NCBI RefSeq assembly: GCF_009834535.1
Contig: NC_045697.1
Coordinates: forward strand, 44,518,001-44,582,000
From: Camelus ferus
Taxonomy: Eukaryota
Direction of reading: 5' to 3'
Length of the DNA: 64,000 nt
Both the position numbers and the translations under genes were made by a program. Every line of letters begins with the position of its first letter. Positions within the stretch are counted from its first letter, which is position 1. Positions 46,831-61,100 of the stretch are shown one piece after another. The notes under the pieces are model-generated. The model saw nothing but the letters and a program-made list of their open reading frames with translations. It made no database searches and was not told the origin of the DNA.

Positions 46831-49800
46831 TCAAGACTCTGGCCAACACACCATGCTACCGCCCCTCCCGTCATACTGTCACTCTCTTGTCATGTGAGGA
46901 GCAGCTCATGGACCTTATCTCACCTGAGGAGCAAGCCCTTAGATCTCTGGTCAGCTGGGAGTCTTCCCGTCACCACCCTCCATCACCCCCACCTCCCAGC
47001 CGGGGCTCTGTGGCTGATTGAATTGCTTCCTTCTCTGCCTCTCTACCCTCCTGCAGCCAGGGGAGACTCCAGCAAGCCTAGGTGGGCAGCTGTCCACCCC
47101 TCAGGCGTTCTTCCCAAACTGTGGCATTAAGGTTGACATCTGCTGTCCCACACCTTTTCTTTCTGAAGACTTTCTTTTCCAGGAGTTAACAAAATCTGTT
47201 TTGAAACATTAAGGGCTGAGAATCTTTTCCTGCTCTTCCTCCTCCTCTTTGTTTTCTTTTTTTTATGCAAAAGTAATAGCTGAGAATAAAAACCACAACA
47301 GGTAATATAAAACAGAACAAGTATTTCCATCTTGCCCTTGATAGTTTGGCAAAATCTTGAGGATGGGGCAGAAGGAGTGGTGAGAAGATGGACCCCTGGG
47401 AAGGAGAAATGGGACATTTCACTATTGTCCATTTCTTTTAAAACAAGCTTTTAGACCTCAAGACTACTTTCATAGACCAGCAAATCTGTTGTTGCGTTTT
47501 AGAGATTAGCTACTCAGAAGAAAAGTTCACTAATTTTGAATCATTGAATTTCTTAACGTTACTAGAGAGTTTGCAAATACTACACAAGCTAGAGTCTTTC
47601 AAGCACTGATTAAATCAAGATGCTTCTTATTAAGTATTGAAATTCTTCTGTAAAGGACTATTCTTTTACTCATTGTTGTTCCTCAAAATGTAAATATTTC
47701 TATAGTTCTTTTCCGTACAGCATGTGATCACTGTAGAAATTCAAACAATACAGCAGTAAAAGTCTCTTTATTTTTGCCATCCCATAAAAATAACCACTGC
47801 AAAAATCTAATTTATATTTGTCTTTTCTTTTTATACATTTATATTTAACATGAATGAATATGTTTTTCTGAACTTTTTTGCTTTTAAAATAGTAATACAT
47901 TTTTTTATTTGACTGTCATATATTTCAAATACTTTCCTCTGAAGTTTGCCATTTTCTTTTTCTTTTTGGTGTCTGTTCTTCTGCAGACATTTTTATTTCT
48001 TATTTAGTCAAACATATTAGTATTTTCTATGATGATGTTGGACCTTGGTGGCATGTTGGCCAAGGCTTCCTTTCCTGTCTCTATATAAAAATATTGCCTT
48101 ATTTTTCTTCTATTACTTTTGCTTGTTTTAATGTTTAAGTCTTTAATCCACCTGGAATTTGTTTTCATGTCTCTTGCGAGGTAGGAATTTGTGTTTCCCC
48201 AAATATACAGACAATTGTTTCATCCACTTATTGACTCCTTTCCCCACTAGTTTGAAATGCCACTTTTACCATAGACTAATCCCCCATATACATTGTTAAT
48301 TGGATTTTAGAGTTGATTTATATGCCTGTTTCTGTGCTGATATCACAATGAGTCAACTGTAGTTCAAATTGCTTTAAATTTAACAAATTGGAGAGAATTA
48401 ATATATTTGCCATATTGAGTCTTCTCAGCCAGGAACATCAGTTGACTTTCTATTTATTCTATATTGTATCCTCCTATAAAAACTCTGTAAGTTTCTTCAT
48501 AAAGGCTTGACAAATTTTAAAATGTTTATTCTGGGGTATTTTAGGTGCTCCTGTTAATAGAATTTGTTTTCCATTATGTTTTCAAACTGGCTGTTTCTGA
48601 CACAGAGGAAATCTATTGGCTGTATTTAACTTATTTTGCATATAGCCTCTGCTCCATTGTATTTTAAGCTTCTTAAGACTAGGGACCTTGTGTAGTACTT
48701 TGCTCAATGTGAACATGACATAGGATTCTATTGTTAACTGTCGTATTAGGCTATTCCATTTTACTCAGTGACCAAGTGGAGGGGGACCTGAGGTAGCAGC
48801 GCTGTTTGTGGAAGCTGGATAATGATTGAGGTAGTGGGGAGAGATTGAAGGGGCTATGGAGTCAAGCAGACCTGGACTTGAATGCCTACTTTGCCACTTT
48901 CTGGTTATGTAATGTTGGTATCTCTGAACCTCAGTTTCTCCCTTAGGCTCATGTCTGAACTTTATAAAATGAGCTGACATACATAAAGCGTACTGTGACT
49001 GGCCCCCAGCAGGTGTTCCATAATGGATGACCGTAGTGATTGTTATGAGCCCATACTGTCACATAACCAAATCTATCCAATAAGATGCACATTTAAGAAG
49101 GCACAGCCTGCTCTATTTGAGTTGCTTCTCTTTAGGTTCAGCAAACATATTAGAATCATCATTCAAGGCACATGTTACAGAAATTTTCTAAAATTCTTCC
49201 TCTTGAGAAACGTGTTGTATGTTGGTCTCCCTCTCTAACTTGTAAATTTCCTGAGAGTAGAGGGCAAGTATTACTAATTTTTTCTTTTTTTCAATCTCCA
49301 GAGCCTCACACAGTGGTGGATACAATTTAGGATGGCTGCATTTCATGTATGAAGTACAGTAATTTATTTAACCATCCCCTTTTTACCCCTCTTCCCCAAC
49401 ACACATATTTTTTGTTGTTACTGGTACAAAAGAAGTTGAATTTTCCTCAGAGCTCGGAAGAGTAGCTAAGTTTAAGAGAGGCTATGTGGATGGCACACAT
49501 CTCTGCAGGCCACTCAGATGTAACTGTCACGCTGTAGTTGGTTTTAAATCTAATGGCTGCGTCAGGGCCAGCAGAGGGAGCACAGAGCACAGCTTTGAAG
49601 GAGAAAGCTGACTACAGCTGCGCTGGGGAAGAATTAAAAAGGCCACTCAGGGCTTTTGCAGAGGAAGGAAGTGAGAGCTAGGAAGAAGGCCATTCCTTGT
49701 TTTCATTCTCATCTGCTTTTGTAACTCATTCAGGCCCAGACAGGCTTGTTCTCCTCTTTTCTTTCGTCCCTTGCCCAGCAGCTTTTCACAACCCTTTTTG

Positions 49801-51616
49801 TTCCTCTAGTTAATTACACAGGAAGATCCACAAGTGCCATCATGTTCTCCAGGCTGGTTTCTCTTTCAGCCACTCAGTTACTTAGCTCAGATGCTGGTGA
49901 GGGTCCCAGAAAAATACTGAGGAACCCAGGGGCCTCTACTCACCATTTTCACTGAATAAAGCTGTTTGGGGGGCACTTACAGGGTAGGAATGAGGGCTGA
50001 GGTTGGGTTCTTCTCTGCATGAGGAACTGAAAAGGCAAATGAGAGCAGACAGAAACGGTTGTAGGGAGTGGGGTTTCTAGAGAGTAGGGGAAATGCCACT
50101 TCCTGCTTTATTGTCTTGCCTAAGAAGATCTTTGTCGGGTACAGAACCACATGTGACCTGCCCCAACCACATAGAAACTAACGCAGGCCAGCGTTGCTCA
50201 ACTTCTGTTCAGTACTAGAATATTGATAGATATTATGTGGGAATAAATCTGTGTTCAAATAAGGGTGTGGAAACTCTGGGTTGAAAAAACTGAACAGGTT
50301 TCTCTACTGTGGGAACTCTTAGATCCTTTAGTAAGCTAATTAGCACGGTTTGTGAATCTCCTGTAGAAGGGGATGTGATACGTGTGATTTCCCAAACTTA
50401 TGGGGACTGAACCTTCTTCACAGATGGCATCTGTGGGATGAGTATTCTATGAATTACCTTTTGGAAAGTGCAGAAGTAGTTTTGTCTACTGTTCAGGAAA
50501 TTAGGCTATTACTCCATGAAATACTTTAAAAATTAGCCATGAAACACTTTAAAAAGAGCAATATTTTCTTCAGAAGTCTCCTGTGGCTTCCCACTACTGG
50601 AGGTGTGGAGGGATGAGTGGAACGGTGAAGGAAGGAATATCAGAATTTCAAGTGGGTTTTTAAAAATCTCTCATATCCTACACTCGCTCTCCCCCCTCAG
50701 AGATTCTGACATCATCCTCACTACTTCATCCCCGCATTTGAGGATCTCTTGAATTGTGTGCTGTTGCTGGTACTGGGAATAAGTGCATCTCTCAAGTTTA
50801 TTGGAAGAGGGGAAATGGTTGTGAACCATTGTCCTACAGTCGAGTCCAAATTCTCTGCCTCTTACTTAAAGTTTTCTGTTGTCTTCTTGAGCTCCAATAT
50901 CTCCCTAAATTTAACCTTCTTTTCCTTTCCACATTAGTTACCACTATAGTCAGTTAGTCTGCTTACTGATCTGAGATGATATTATGCTGATTCTGGGCTG
51001 GAAGCTCTTGGACATATAATCTTTCCCTACATTCTTCTAATTACTCTTCCATCCTTCAAAATCCAGCTTAAGTGTTACTTCCTTCAGAGGTCTCCAGTTA
51101 CCCACCAGCCTACAACATTTAGGTTTTACAATATTGGTTTCAGCCATTAATTTCAGACAGCTACTTCTTTGTTAACAAACCTGTTGGGTTTAAAAGTTTA
51201 TAAAGTGATTGTTCAGAGTGTAGAGCACATTTCTCTGCAGAAATATTGTAACTCAGTCAAGGTGTATCTGAAATACAAATAGTAGAAAACAACCTCTAGT
51301 AATTAAACAAAATGGTATCTTTAGTGATTAAACAAAACAGAGAATCAATAAGATTGAATTAGCTTACTCTCATTTATCTTGGTGATGGTGTTTAAGGAAG
51401 AACAGATTTAATTAAAGGAGGATGAAGAGGTGTTAGAAGTTAGTGGCTGTTCTGAATGGGCCTTATGGGGCAATTTCACAGAAGGTGTAGGCTCTTTGTT
51501 ATGTCTTCATTACTTCACAACTTCTGACTCCTCATCCCCATGATGCTGGTGTCTGGCTACTTGTACTTTTGTATTTAGCCATGGTTTGGATTATTTTTGG
51601 CTTAAAAAAGGTTATT

Positions 51617-54600
51617 GGAGAATGTCAGTAAAAATGGCAGATAAAAGGGCCCCCAAATATTTTCCCTTCCTTAAGAGCAATGAAAAAACTGGCAAAATTT
51701 TTCAGAATTAACTTTTTTAGAACTCTAGAAATTAACTAAAGACTTATGGTAACCCAAGAATTGTTTATTCAAGAAAAATGGCTGAATCTTAGTAAGAACA
51801 GTGAGCCTTGTGGCATTTTAACTTGCCCTAGTCCACCCATCCCCCACTTTCCAGCTATGTAATAGCCTTAAAAAATAACAGCCCACATTTCTGGGACAGC
51901 TTGACAGCCACCAGAGTGGGGGAAAATGTATTCAGAATTTATTCAAAGCCTCATTCTTATGGAATTGTCATTACCTGACCTGTTTGGTGGTTCCCTGGAA
52001 TACATCACTTTCAAGGCTGACTCAGAGCTCACTCAGTGCTAAAAGTCCACTCCCACAAGGTGCATTGTCAAGAACAATTAAAGGCAGGGGTAGGGTTTTT
52101 TTTTTTTTTTTTAAACTTTGCAGATGCCTTAGATGGATAGCAGTTGGGGAAAACAATAGGCTAACAGAAAGATTAAAAGGAATAGCTGGTGAATGCACCG
52201 TTCATAGGGGGTTTGAAAACTCTGAAATATTCTTGATAATCTAGAAGGTCATGTACATGGAAGAGCTGTGAGCATGCCTAAGAAGGACCTGAGAAGGCCC
52301 TAAGCTCTCATTCCTGATTGATCTTGAGGTTCTATGCGAGCAAGAAGTGAAGGATAAGGTGGCATTATGAACTGAGTTTAAAAGGCATGCTCCAGCACCC
52401 ACACACACAGCCAAGTCTGGGAGATTGATTGGTTATAGGTGTTTAAGGAAATTTCTACCTAATCATTAGCTCACCAATAAGCTAACCAAGTAGAGACACT
52501 AACATGACAAAAAATGTAGACTTTACAGAATTAGTTCTGGGAAGTCACTAAACAAATAGCAACAACTATAACAAGTGGCAACAGCAACAAATGCTGCAGG
52601 TAGGGCGGGCAGATCTGGTTGCCAGAGTTGTCACATTATGTTATTTTAAATGTCTGGCTTTTAATAAAAAATTATGAGACACAATTTAAAAACAGATTTT
52701 AAAAATTATGAGGTATTATTTAAAAAACAGAAGCAAGAAAATATGCTCCATACAAGGAAAAAAATGAAATCAGTAGAAATTGTACCTAAGGAACCCCAGA
52801 TGTTGGACTTACAAGACTTTAAATCAACTGTTTTAGATACTCCAAAGAACTAAAGCAAACCAAATCTAAGGAATTAATGTGTGATAACAACATTTCATCA
52901 AATAGAGAATACCAACAAAGAGACAGAAGTTATGAAAAAAAAAAAAAAAAAAAAGAAATGAAAACCCTGGAGCTTCAAAGTACAAAAGCTGAAATAAGAG
53001 AAATCACTAGCGGAGCTCAACAGCAGATGTGAAGTGGCAGAACAAAGAATCAGGGAACTTGAGGACGGATACATTGATATTATCCAGTCTGGGGAACAGA
53101 AAAGAAAAGAATGAAGAAAAATGAACAAAGCCTCATAAACCAGTGGAGCACCAACAAATGTACCAACATAAGCATAATGGAAGTTCTAGAGGAAAGGAAA
53201 GTGAGGAAAGGGCAGAAAAAAATATCTGAAGAAATAATCGTTGAAAATTTCACAAATTTGATAGAAATCATTTACCTATACATCCAACATGTTTGAAAAA
53301 CCCAGAGGGTAAATTCCTAGTGATCTACACCTAAGCACATCATAATCAAACTACTGAAAACCAAAGGCAAAGACAGAATCTTGAAAATAGCAACAGAGAA
53401 TGGACTCATCACAAATATGGAAACCTCAGTAACATAAACAGCTGATTTCTCATCAAAAGTCATGGAAACCAGAAGACAATTGGATAACATATTTAAAGTG
53501 CTGAAAGGAAAAAAACCCTACCAACCAAGAATTCTATATTTGACAAGGAGAAATTAAGACATTGCCAGATAAACAGGAACTGAGAGAGTTTATTACTAGC
53601 AGATGTGCCCTGAATGAAAATTCAACAGTCAGGACACTATACAGTAACTCAAATCCACGTGAAGACGTAAAGAACACTGATAAAGTGGGTAAACACAGGT
53701 AAATATGACATAAAAATATAAATGTAGCTTTTGTTTGTTACTCCTTTCTCCCCTCATACCTGATTTAAGACAACTGCAGAAAGAATAACTACAAATATAC
53801 GTTGATAAGTACACAGTGTATACAAATATAATTTATGATAACAGCATATAGAAGTAGTGGGGATGGAACTGATTAAAGCAATTTTTAAAATATAGTATTG
53901 AAATTAAGTTAAGTATTAATCAGAACCAGATCGTTATAAATGAAGATGTTAATGATAATCACCAGAGCAACCGGTAAGAAAATAACTAAAAAATATATAA
54001 CAAAAGGATTGGTAAGGGAATTAAAAGGACACACCAGAACATACCTGTTCAACACAAAAGAAGGCAGTGTTGAAGGAATCGAGGAAGAAAAAAAATCAGA
54101 TATGTAGAAAACAATTAGAAAAGTGGCAGATGTAAATTGTACCTTATCAGTAATTAATTTAAATATAAATGGATTATCCTCTCCAATTAAAAGGTAGAGA
54201 TGGGTAGAATAAATTTAAAAAATGTGATCAAACTGTATGCTATCTGTAAGAGATTCACTTTAGGTTAAGACACGAATAGTTTGAAAGTTAAAGGATGGGA
54301 AAAGATATGCTATGTGAATAGTAATCAAAGACCTGTAGTAGCTATACCAACATGAGACAAATAGACTTTAAGGCAAAAATTGTTACTAGAGACAGAGAAC
54401 ATTTTATAATACTTAAAGGGTCAGTTCATCAGGAAAACATGTTATAAATATCTGTGCACCTAACAACAGAGTTCCTCATTACATAAAAACTCACAAAATT
54501 GAAGGAAAAAATAGAAAGTTAAAAAATAATAGTTGGGACTTCAATGCCCCACTTTCAATAATAGATAGAACAAACATGCAGAAAATCAAAAAGGAAATTG

Positions 54601-55045
54601 AAAATTGTGTAACGTTATACACCACTGTAGACTAACAGAAAACTAGAACACTCCACCCCAAAACAGCAGAATACATATTCTTCTCAAGTGCACGTGAAGC
54701 ATTCTACAGGATAGACCATAATTGGGCCATAAAACAAGCCTTAATAAATTTAAAAGAACTGAAATATTTACAAAATATATCCTCTAATCACAATTCAGTA
54801 AAATTAGAAATCAGTAACAGAAGGACTTTTGCAAAAAATATGTGAAAATTAAATAATATACTCCTAAAACAACCAATGGATTAAAAAAAATCACTAGAGA
54901 TATACACTCATACTTTGACATGAATGAAAATGAAAATACAACATGCCAAATTATAGGATGCAGCTAAAGCCATTCTTAGAGGGAAACCTATAGAAATAAA
55001 AATCCTAAATACAAATTCTATAAACAAACAAACTAATAAATAAAT
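51617..55045 (+). mobile_element. Old L1: 5'UTR, ORF1 remnant and ORF2 endonuclease remnant, 3'-truncated
   Basis: ORF1-like (53111..53296 ORF: ISEEIIVENFTNL; aaccaagaattctatat); endonuclease start ttatcagtaattaatttaaatataaatggatta..ccaattaaaagg near 54143; atctgtgcacctaacaacagag; frameshifted. Confidence 0.8.
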
Positions 55046-55996
55046 ACAGAGGCTATCCAGGGCATGCTCTCATGGTGATAGCAGAGGAGCAAGAACAAAT
55101 AAACTCAATCAAGCAAGCTCTTTCCAAGCCTCTGCTGGTGTTATATCTACTAGTATCCTATCGGCCAAAATAAATTACATGACTGAGCCAGAGTGAAGGG
55201 GAGGGGCACAAAGCACTCCCCACAGTGGGAGGGCCCTGGTGCTTTCACTGTATTATACTTATTTGTAATATTGCTGAATTCTGTTTCCCTGTTTTTGAAG
55301 TAGGCATAGAATTACAGAAGACCAAGGTAAAAGCAGTGAAAACCATATTTTCGTTGTTTAAGATCTGTGGTTCTGAATTTCTACTTAGCATAAGTTCATG
55401 TTGGATAGCTGCTTTAACTGTGTATTCTAATCATTGGTGTCCATGGAGGAAATATTAGCCTGTTGCTACACATTCTCTGATCAGTGGTGTTGCTCTGTTC
55501 AGATGCCATTGTTTAAATGGTACTAGAAAATGATTCTTTAATATGGCTTATCTTTTGAGGTTGTCCATCTTGAAGTACTGAGTCCTACTTGGGCTCTGTT
55601 AGTTAGCCCAGAATTAATAACCCTTTGCTAACCGGTGAAGCTGGAGGATGGAATTGGGGAAAGCCTGAACATTGTATCATATAAACTGATTTTCGTATTG
55701 TTCACTTGGTGGTAGAGTTGTTTTTAGAAAGCAGTATTAATGAGCCAAGCAAGAGAGAGAATCTTTAATTCCTAGCCATGAGAAAAATGCAGCATATGTT
55801 TTTAGTACGTATTCTAGGCAGCATCATTACTTTTATTAAAGTGTAAAAAGTAATGTTCACATAATTTATTTTTGGCTAAGGAGGCATGATAATTCCATTT
55901 CCCAACACATCAGATGAAGCTACTTGCTTATTGGTTAGAGTTTGGTGCTCAGAAATAAAGATTTTAGAGACTGTCTTTCTAGAACAAGTTTAAAAA

Positions 55997-56161
55997 AATT
56001 ATTTATTTTATTTTCAGGGTTTTTTTGGGGGTGGTAGTTAGGTTTGTTTGTTTGCTTGTTTGCTTGTTTATTTATTTTCAGTGGCAGTACTGGAGATTGA
56101 ACCCAGGACCTCGTGCATGCTAAGCACTCACTTTACGGTTGAGCTATACCGCCATCCTCCC
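55997..56161 (-). mobile_element. tRNA-derived SINE, Vic-1-like (reverse orientation)
   Basis: Forward gattgaacccaggacctcgtgcatgctaagcactcact...gagctatacc is the reverse complement of the same SINE head; T-rich tail to the left. Confidence 0.8.
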
Positions 56162-56275
56162 CTGTAGAGATTTCTTAATTTGGGTAATCCTAAATGCCAT
56201 CTAATCTTTATTATTATTTTCTTAATTAAGAAAAGTCCTTGTGTACTGTAATCCTTCTCATGTAATGTGGTCTAA

Positions 56276-56432
56276 GTTCTTCTTCCTCAAAGTGTGGTCT
56301 GCTGACAGCAACAATGTCATTGCTTGGGAGCTTGTTAAAAATGCAGAATCTTGGCACTCACCCCAAACCTACTGAATCAGACTGCACTTCGACAAAATCC
56401 CCAGGTGTTTTGCATGCACCGTGAGATGCACT
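56276..56432. mobile_element. MER5-like hAT fossil
   Basis: ctcaaagtgtggtc...gggagcttgttaaaaatgcagaatct...aaacctactgaatcaga...atccccaggtg. Confidence 0.7.
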
Positions 56433-57999
56433 ATTCCCCACTGGTAAAGTGCAAGCAATGGATGGTGAGGTACAAAGGGAAGAGAAGTAGGGCAGGTGTG
56501 AGGATTGCAATCATTTAACAGACATTCAGATATTTATTCTGAACCTTTAGTTGCTTATTTGAAACCATCCTGAAATGCCCATGCTCCAGTGCTGGAGATG
56601 ATGTATACATGGCGCCACCTTGAGTTCTTTTAGATGCTAAAGGAAAGAAAGCAGAGTTATGTCCATCATTCACATGTTCATCAATCACTCACTCAAATAC
56701 AGGAGCTTCTGGAAACTGGTGTTCTCTTCTGGTCCAGCCAGTGACTGATGGTGTGACATTTAGCAGGATGTTAATCTCTTAGTCTTTAGCTTCTTTATCT
56801 GAAAAATGAGGTTGTCGGGCAGGTTTATCCTTTTCAGCTTTTCTAAAAACGCTTTCGTTTTAGGTATCGTCGGGGCTGATTCTCAACGGTGAACTTGTAC
56901 CCATCTTTATGCTGGCATCTGTTTAGAACGGCTGGTGCTGATGCCCCACTGGTTGTTACATAGTTTGACTACTGTCAACTGATGGTTGTAGGGGAAGTAA
57001 ATGCCAGGGACTGTTAGGAACGAAGTATTATCACTGTAGGTTCCAGAATATTTGCATGTCATGGACTCAGATACACATAAATACAGGCCTGAGGTATAAG
57101 AAAGCTGAACCAAGCTGTGCACTGAGTGGAAAGTACATGGACTTTGATGTCAAACAGTCTTGCGTTTGTATCCTAGTTCTGCTGCATCCTGGCTGCAGGG
57201 GTCTAAAGTGTATTACCTAAACTCACTTGGTATCAGTTTTGTTTTTTAGCTGAAAATATGGGATTAATATAAAAATACATACCTCAAAGTATAATTATTA
57301 GGAATTAATAAGATAATTTATGTAGAGAATCTGGCAAATAATGGATGCTTAATAAATGTTGGTTTCCTCTTCACTTATGTATCCATAATCAGAATAACTT
57401 ATACATAAACCTTTACTTTTGGAAATGTCTATAGTGTGATACACTGAATGAACAGTCTTAATAACTTAAAAAACGATAGCTAACTTTTAGGGCAATTCTA
57501 ATAATTCTAATTGGGGAGGGGGATGTTATACATTCATCTAGGGCTCTTACTAAGGTCAAAGATGACTTTTTGCTTTAGGCCAGTGGTCTTTAAACATTTT
57601 TGCTTGCAAACAAATAAATAATAAACAAGCACAGCCCTGTACTCGACATGTATTTTTAAGTTAGCATCTAAAATTTTTCATCGTAAACTGAAATAGTTGC
57701 AAAGGATGCAATTTCTGGTGTATTGTAAGTATTACTGTTAAAAGTAAAACTATTGTTTATTTTAGATTTAGAATAATTAAAGTTTGTAAGAAGCATGCTG
57801 GAAAATTTCATTTGGCAAGGTGGACCATTCTATATTTTTATAATTCTTATTAGTGACAAACAGCCTGGTGAGGACTTGCTTTCACCAGTGTCTCATTCTG
57901 TACCCTGGGTGCTTATTTATAAACTTCATTTCAAGGAAGAGAAGGTGAAAAGTTACATGTTTATTTCTGACAGTTCAACATTGTCTCTTTGAATAAAAG

Positions 58000-58140
58000 C
58001 AGGGTTTGGCAAACTTTTTCTTCAAAGGGCAGATAGTAAATATTTAAGTCACATGGTCTCTGTCCCAACTATTCAGCTCTCCCTTGTAGTGGAAGACCAG
58101 CTATGAACAATACAGGAGTGGACAGAGCTGTGTTCCAGTA
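58000..58140. mobile_element. MER58-like hAT fragment
   Basis: cagggtttggcaaactttttc..aaagggcagatagtaaatattt..ggtctctgtc.caacta.tca.ctct. Confidence 0.65.
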
Positions 58141-61100
58141 GGATTACTTACCCTATTAGCTGTCACTCACTATTCCCCACCTCCTACCGCAATCCTAGGA
58201 AACTACGTTTTTACTTTCCATCTCTGTAGATTTGCATAGGCTGGACTTTTGGAAGCCTACTGAAGAGCTTGTTAGGATGATTTTGTAGGAACCTAATTCT
58301 CTGTATTAAATTCCTTTCTGCTTACAATGCCTTGAATGATTTCTGTTTCTTGTACTGAATCTTGGTTCAGTCAGGGTTAAAGGAAAAAAAAATGAATTAT
58401 ATGGCCTTTTCAACTTTTAAAAAGGAGCTTGTTTGTTAATGTGTGATAATGGCTGTCAAATCGCTATGACATTTCAATTCAATTGAATACAGTGTTTACA
58501 GCCTGCCAAAATTATATCTTTCAAAAGTATATTTATGATGAAAAAAATTTAGATGTTTTACCTGAAATTGCACAAGATAAGTAGTTTTCAAAACTCTTAT
58601 AGGTGTTTTGCAAAGGAATCTGAAGTCTTGCTTTAGTCTGGGCATCCTTATCTCTAGAATGTCCTTTGAAACTAAGGACCATGTTCTCTGGCTTCAGTTG
58701 TTCAAAGCGGTTTTCTAACTTTTACAAGTCATTTTTGATTCCTTAAATGACAAAGCAATATGTATTTATTACTTAAAACTTTCCAAACAGTACAGATGGG
58801 ATGATCCTACCTAGAATCACACTTTCTGAAGATAACTATACTTCACAGACTTTTATCCTGAGACCTTTCTCTGACACAGGAGCTGTGGGAGAAACTTATT
58901 GGGTACGTTTGATGGCCTCTTGAGGTGCCTTCTAGCACCTGAGATTTAAGTACAAATTTGGTGCCTTTCACCGGGCTCTCTTCGAATTCCTAGCACAGTG
59001 CCCTACCTCTGGTACTTAATGAATCTTTGCTGATACTGGCCTCTCATTTAAATGAGTCAAAGCCTTGAAAAGGAGCTAAAAAGTAGATCACCTACGATGT
59101 GAGTGTAAAGTACACATCTTTATGTGCAGTAAAGATCCTGTGCTAAGCGGTGCTTTTTTTTGTTTTTTGTTTTTTCTGTTTTTGTAATCAAAGATTACAT
59201 TCACTTTTTAAAAAAGTGTATAACTATCACACAGAAATAAAAAATGTGTTTTTAGTCAAGGATTACCTTCTTGAACTTGCCAAAATGAAGTGGTTCCTCA
59301 TACTGTATCATTTCAGTAGAGATAATACTGATAATACTTGACATTCATAATGGCTCTATGTTTTACAAAGTACTTTGGAATGCATCTTATTTGAGCCTAG
59401 ACAGGCAGACCTAGTAAGGATTGTGCCCATTTTACAGATGGGTAGAGATGGAGGCTGAAAGGTTCTTTGACTTTTTTCAGGGTCACATTGTTAATGGTAG
59501 AGCTTGAACTAAAACATTTTGACTTTAGTGTTCTTTCCCCCACCTACACACAAAACATTGCCCAACAATTGCTTTTATTAAATGATAATTTGGGTAAGAT
59601 GACTTTCGGGGGCAATTATGGGATGGCTGGCATATGCTGCTGCAATTTTCACTTATTGCACAACTTTCCTGTCTTGGAAGCTAAGCAACAGTTTAGCTCT
59701 ATTATATTAGTTGTGGCCTGATGAGGGCGCTCTTATTCAATGCATGGTTTGAAACCTGATGTTAACTCTCGTAACTTCACATATTGCTTAAATAAATGTG
59801 TGCGAGTGTGAGTATATTTAACTTGAACGAAATGGAGTATTTCAATTCAGTTTCACCTATTTTTTTCACCTATCCAAAGAACTGGAATCTTGTCTTTTTC
59901 TCTTTCTTTGAACATACCACAGTGCAGATGTAAAACAATGAAGAACCTTCCAAAGATGGAATTAATTTAACTCTGATTCTGGAGGGAGGCTGTGGAGAGG
60001 GAAACGAGGCTGGATCTGTGTCCAGCACTGAGAAGATGGTCAGCAACCAGTGGAAATTTTTTAAGGAGCCCTTTGACTCTGTTCCCCCAGCCCGATCCCA
60101 GGAGTGCAGACATCATATAAAAGAGTTTTCCTGTTTATGTGCAGGCCCTCAGTTTTTGGATTAGCGTTAACACCAAAAGTTTTGAGGTTGACATTTGTGT
60201 TTGTTGATTTACTGATGGAAAAATTAACCTTAGCTTCTGCTTTTGTTTTGGAGCTGCCCATTTATGGACTGACTTGGGTAATCCCTTCTTGACTGGGCTG
60301 GTTCTCTTCCCCCACCTGCCATCATCACAAACACACATGCAGGTCTCCCTCGAGCAGATGTCATCCCATCTACCCAGTCCTGGGAGGCCCTCGACAGTAT
60401 CGGAACATCACATGGTCTGTCAGCCCCATTGTCACTCTCACTGGCTAGTCTGTGGACAGTTCCTTAATTTACTAAAATCCATTCTACCGTGGAACATTTA
60501 ATTTCTTAAATTAAATAGTGTCAGACAGCAGTGACTTTGCCACTTCCTAGTGTGGAAACTCTGGACAAGTGACTGAACCCCTTTAGATTTCATTTTCCTC
60601 ATTTGCAGAGTGGGGCTAATAATAGTACTGACCTTAAAGTGGGTTTGTGGGGTTTTAGAGCTTTTGTAGGAGAACTGCTTAGCATATGGCCTGATAAATA
60701 CTCAGTATTATTAACCATCCTCGGTTGTAGGCCCCAAACTTAGTGGATAGGGTTTTCTGGGGGAAGGGGGTACAGGACTAGTAAGAATAATTTTAGGAAC
60801 AGTAAGTTGCAATAGGGCCCCCCCAAAAACTTCTGTAAACTCACAAGCAGAAACTTAACAATAAGAACTTAAGGGAGAAGGAGATTCAGGGTCCACACAG
60901 GAGATTAATGGTCACTTTGGGAGATGACGTCCTCGGTATGAGCGGCAGTAAAGGGGCTCAGGTGAGAATTGCAGATCCCAGTGATTCGTTCCCTAGGCAG
61001 GCTGCCAGGAAGGATGACTCAGTGGTAAGCATCTCCAGGTTGAGGGCTGGAGCAGCTCAAGTAAGTTCAGCTCAGTGCATGCATTATACCCAGGAAGACA

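Noticed and set aside
50514..50555. Short direct repeat ccatgaaa(t/c)actttaaaaa, two copies
   Set aside because: Only two copies with a 23-bp period; a simple slippage duplication, not an array.
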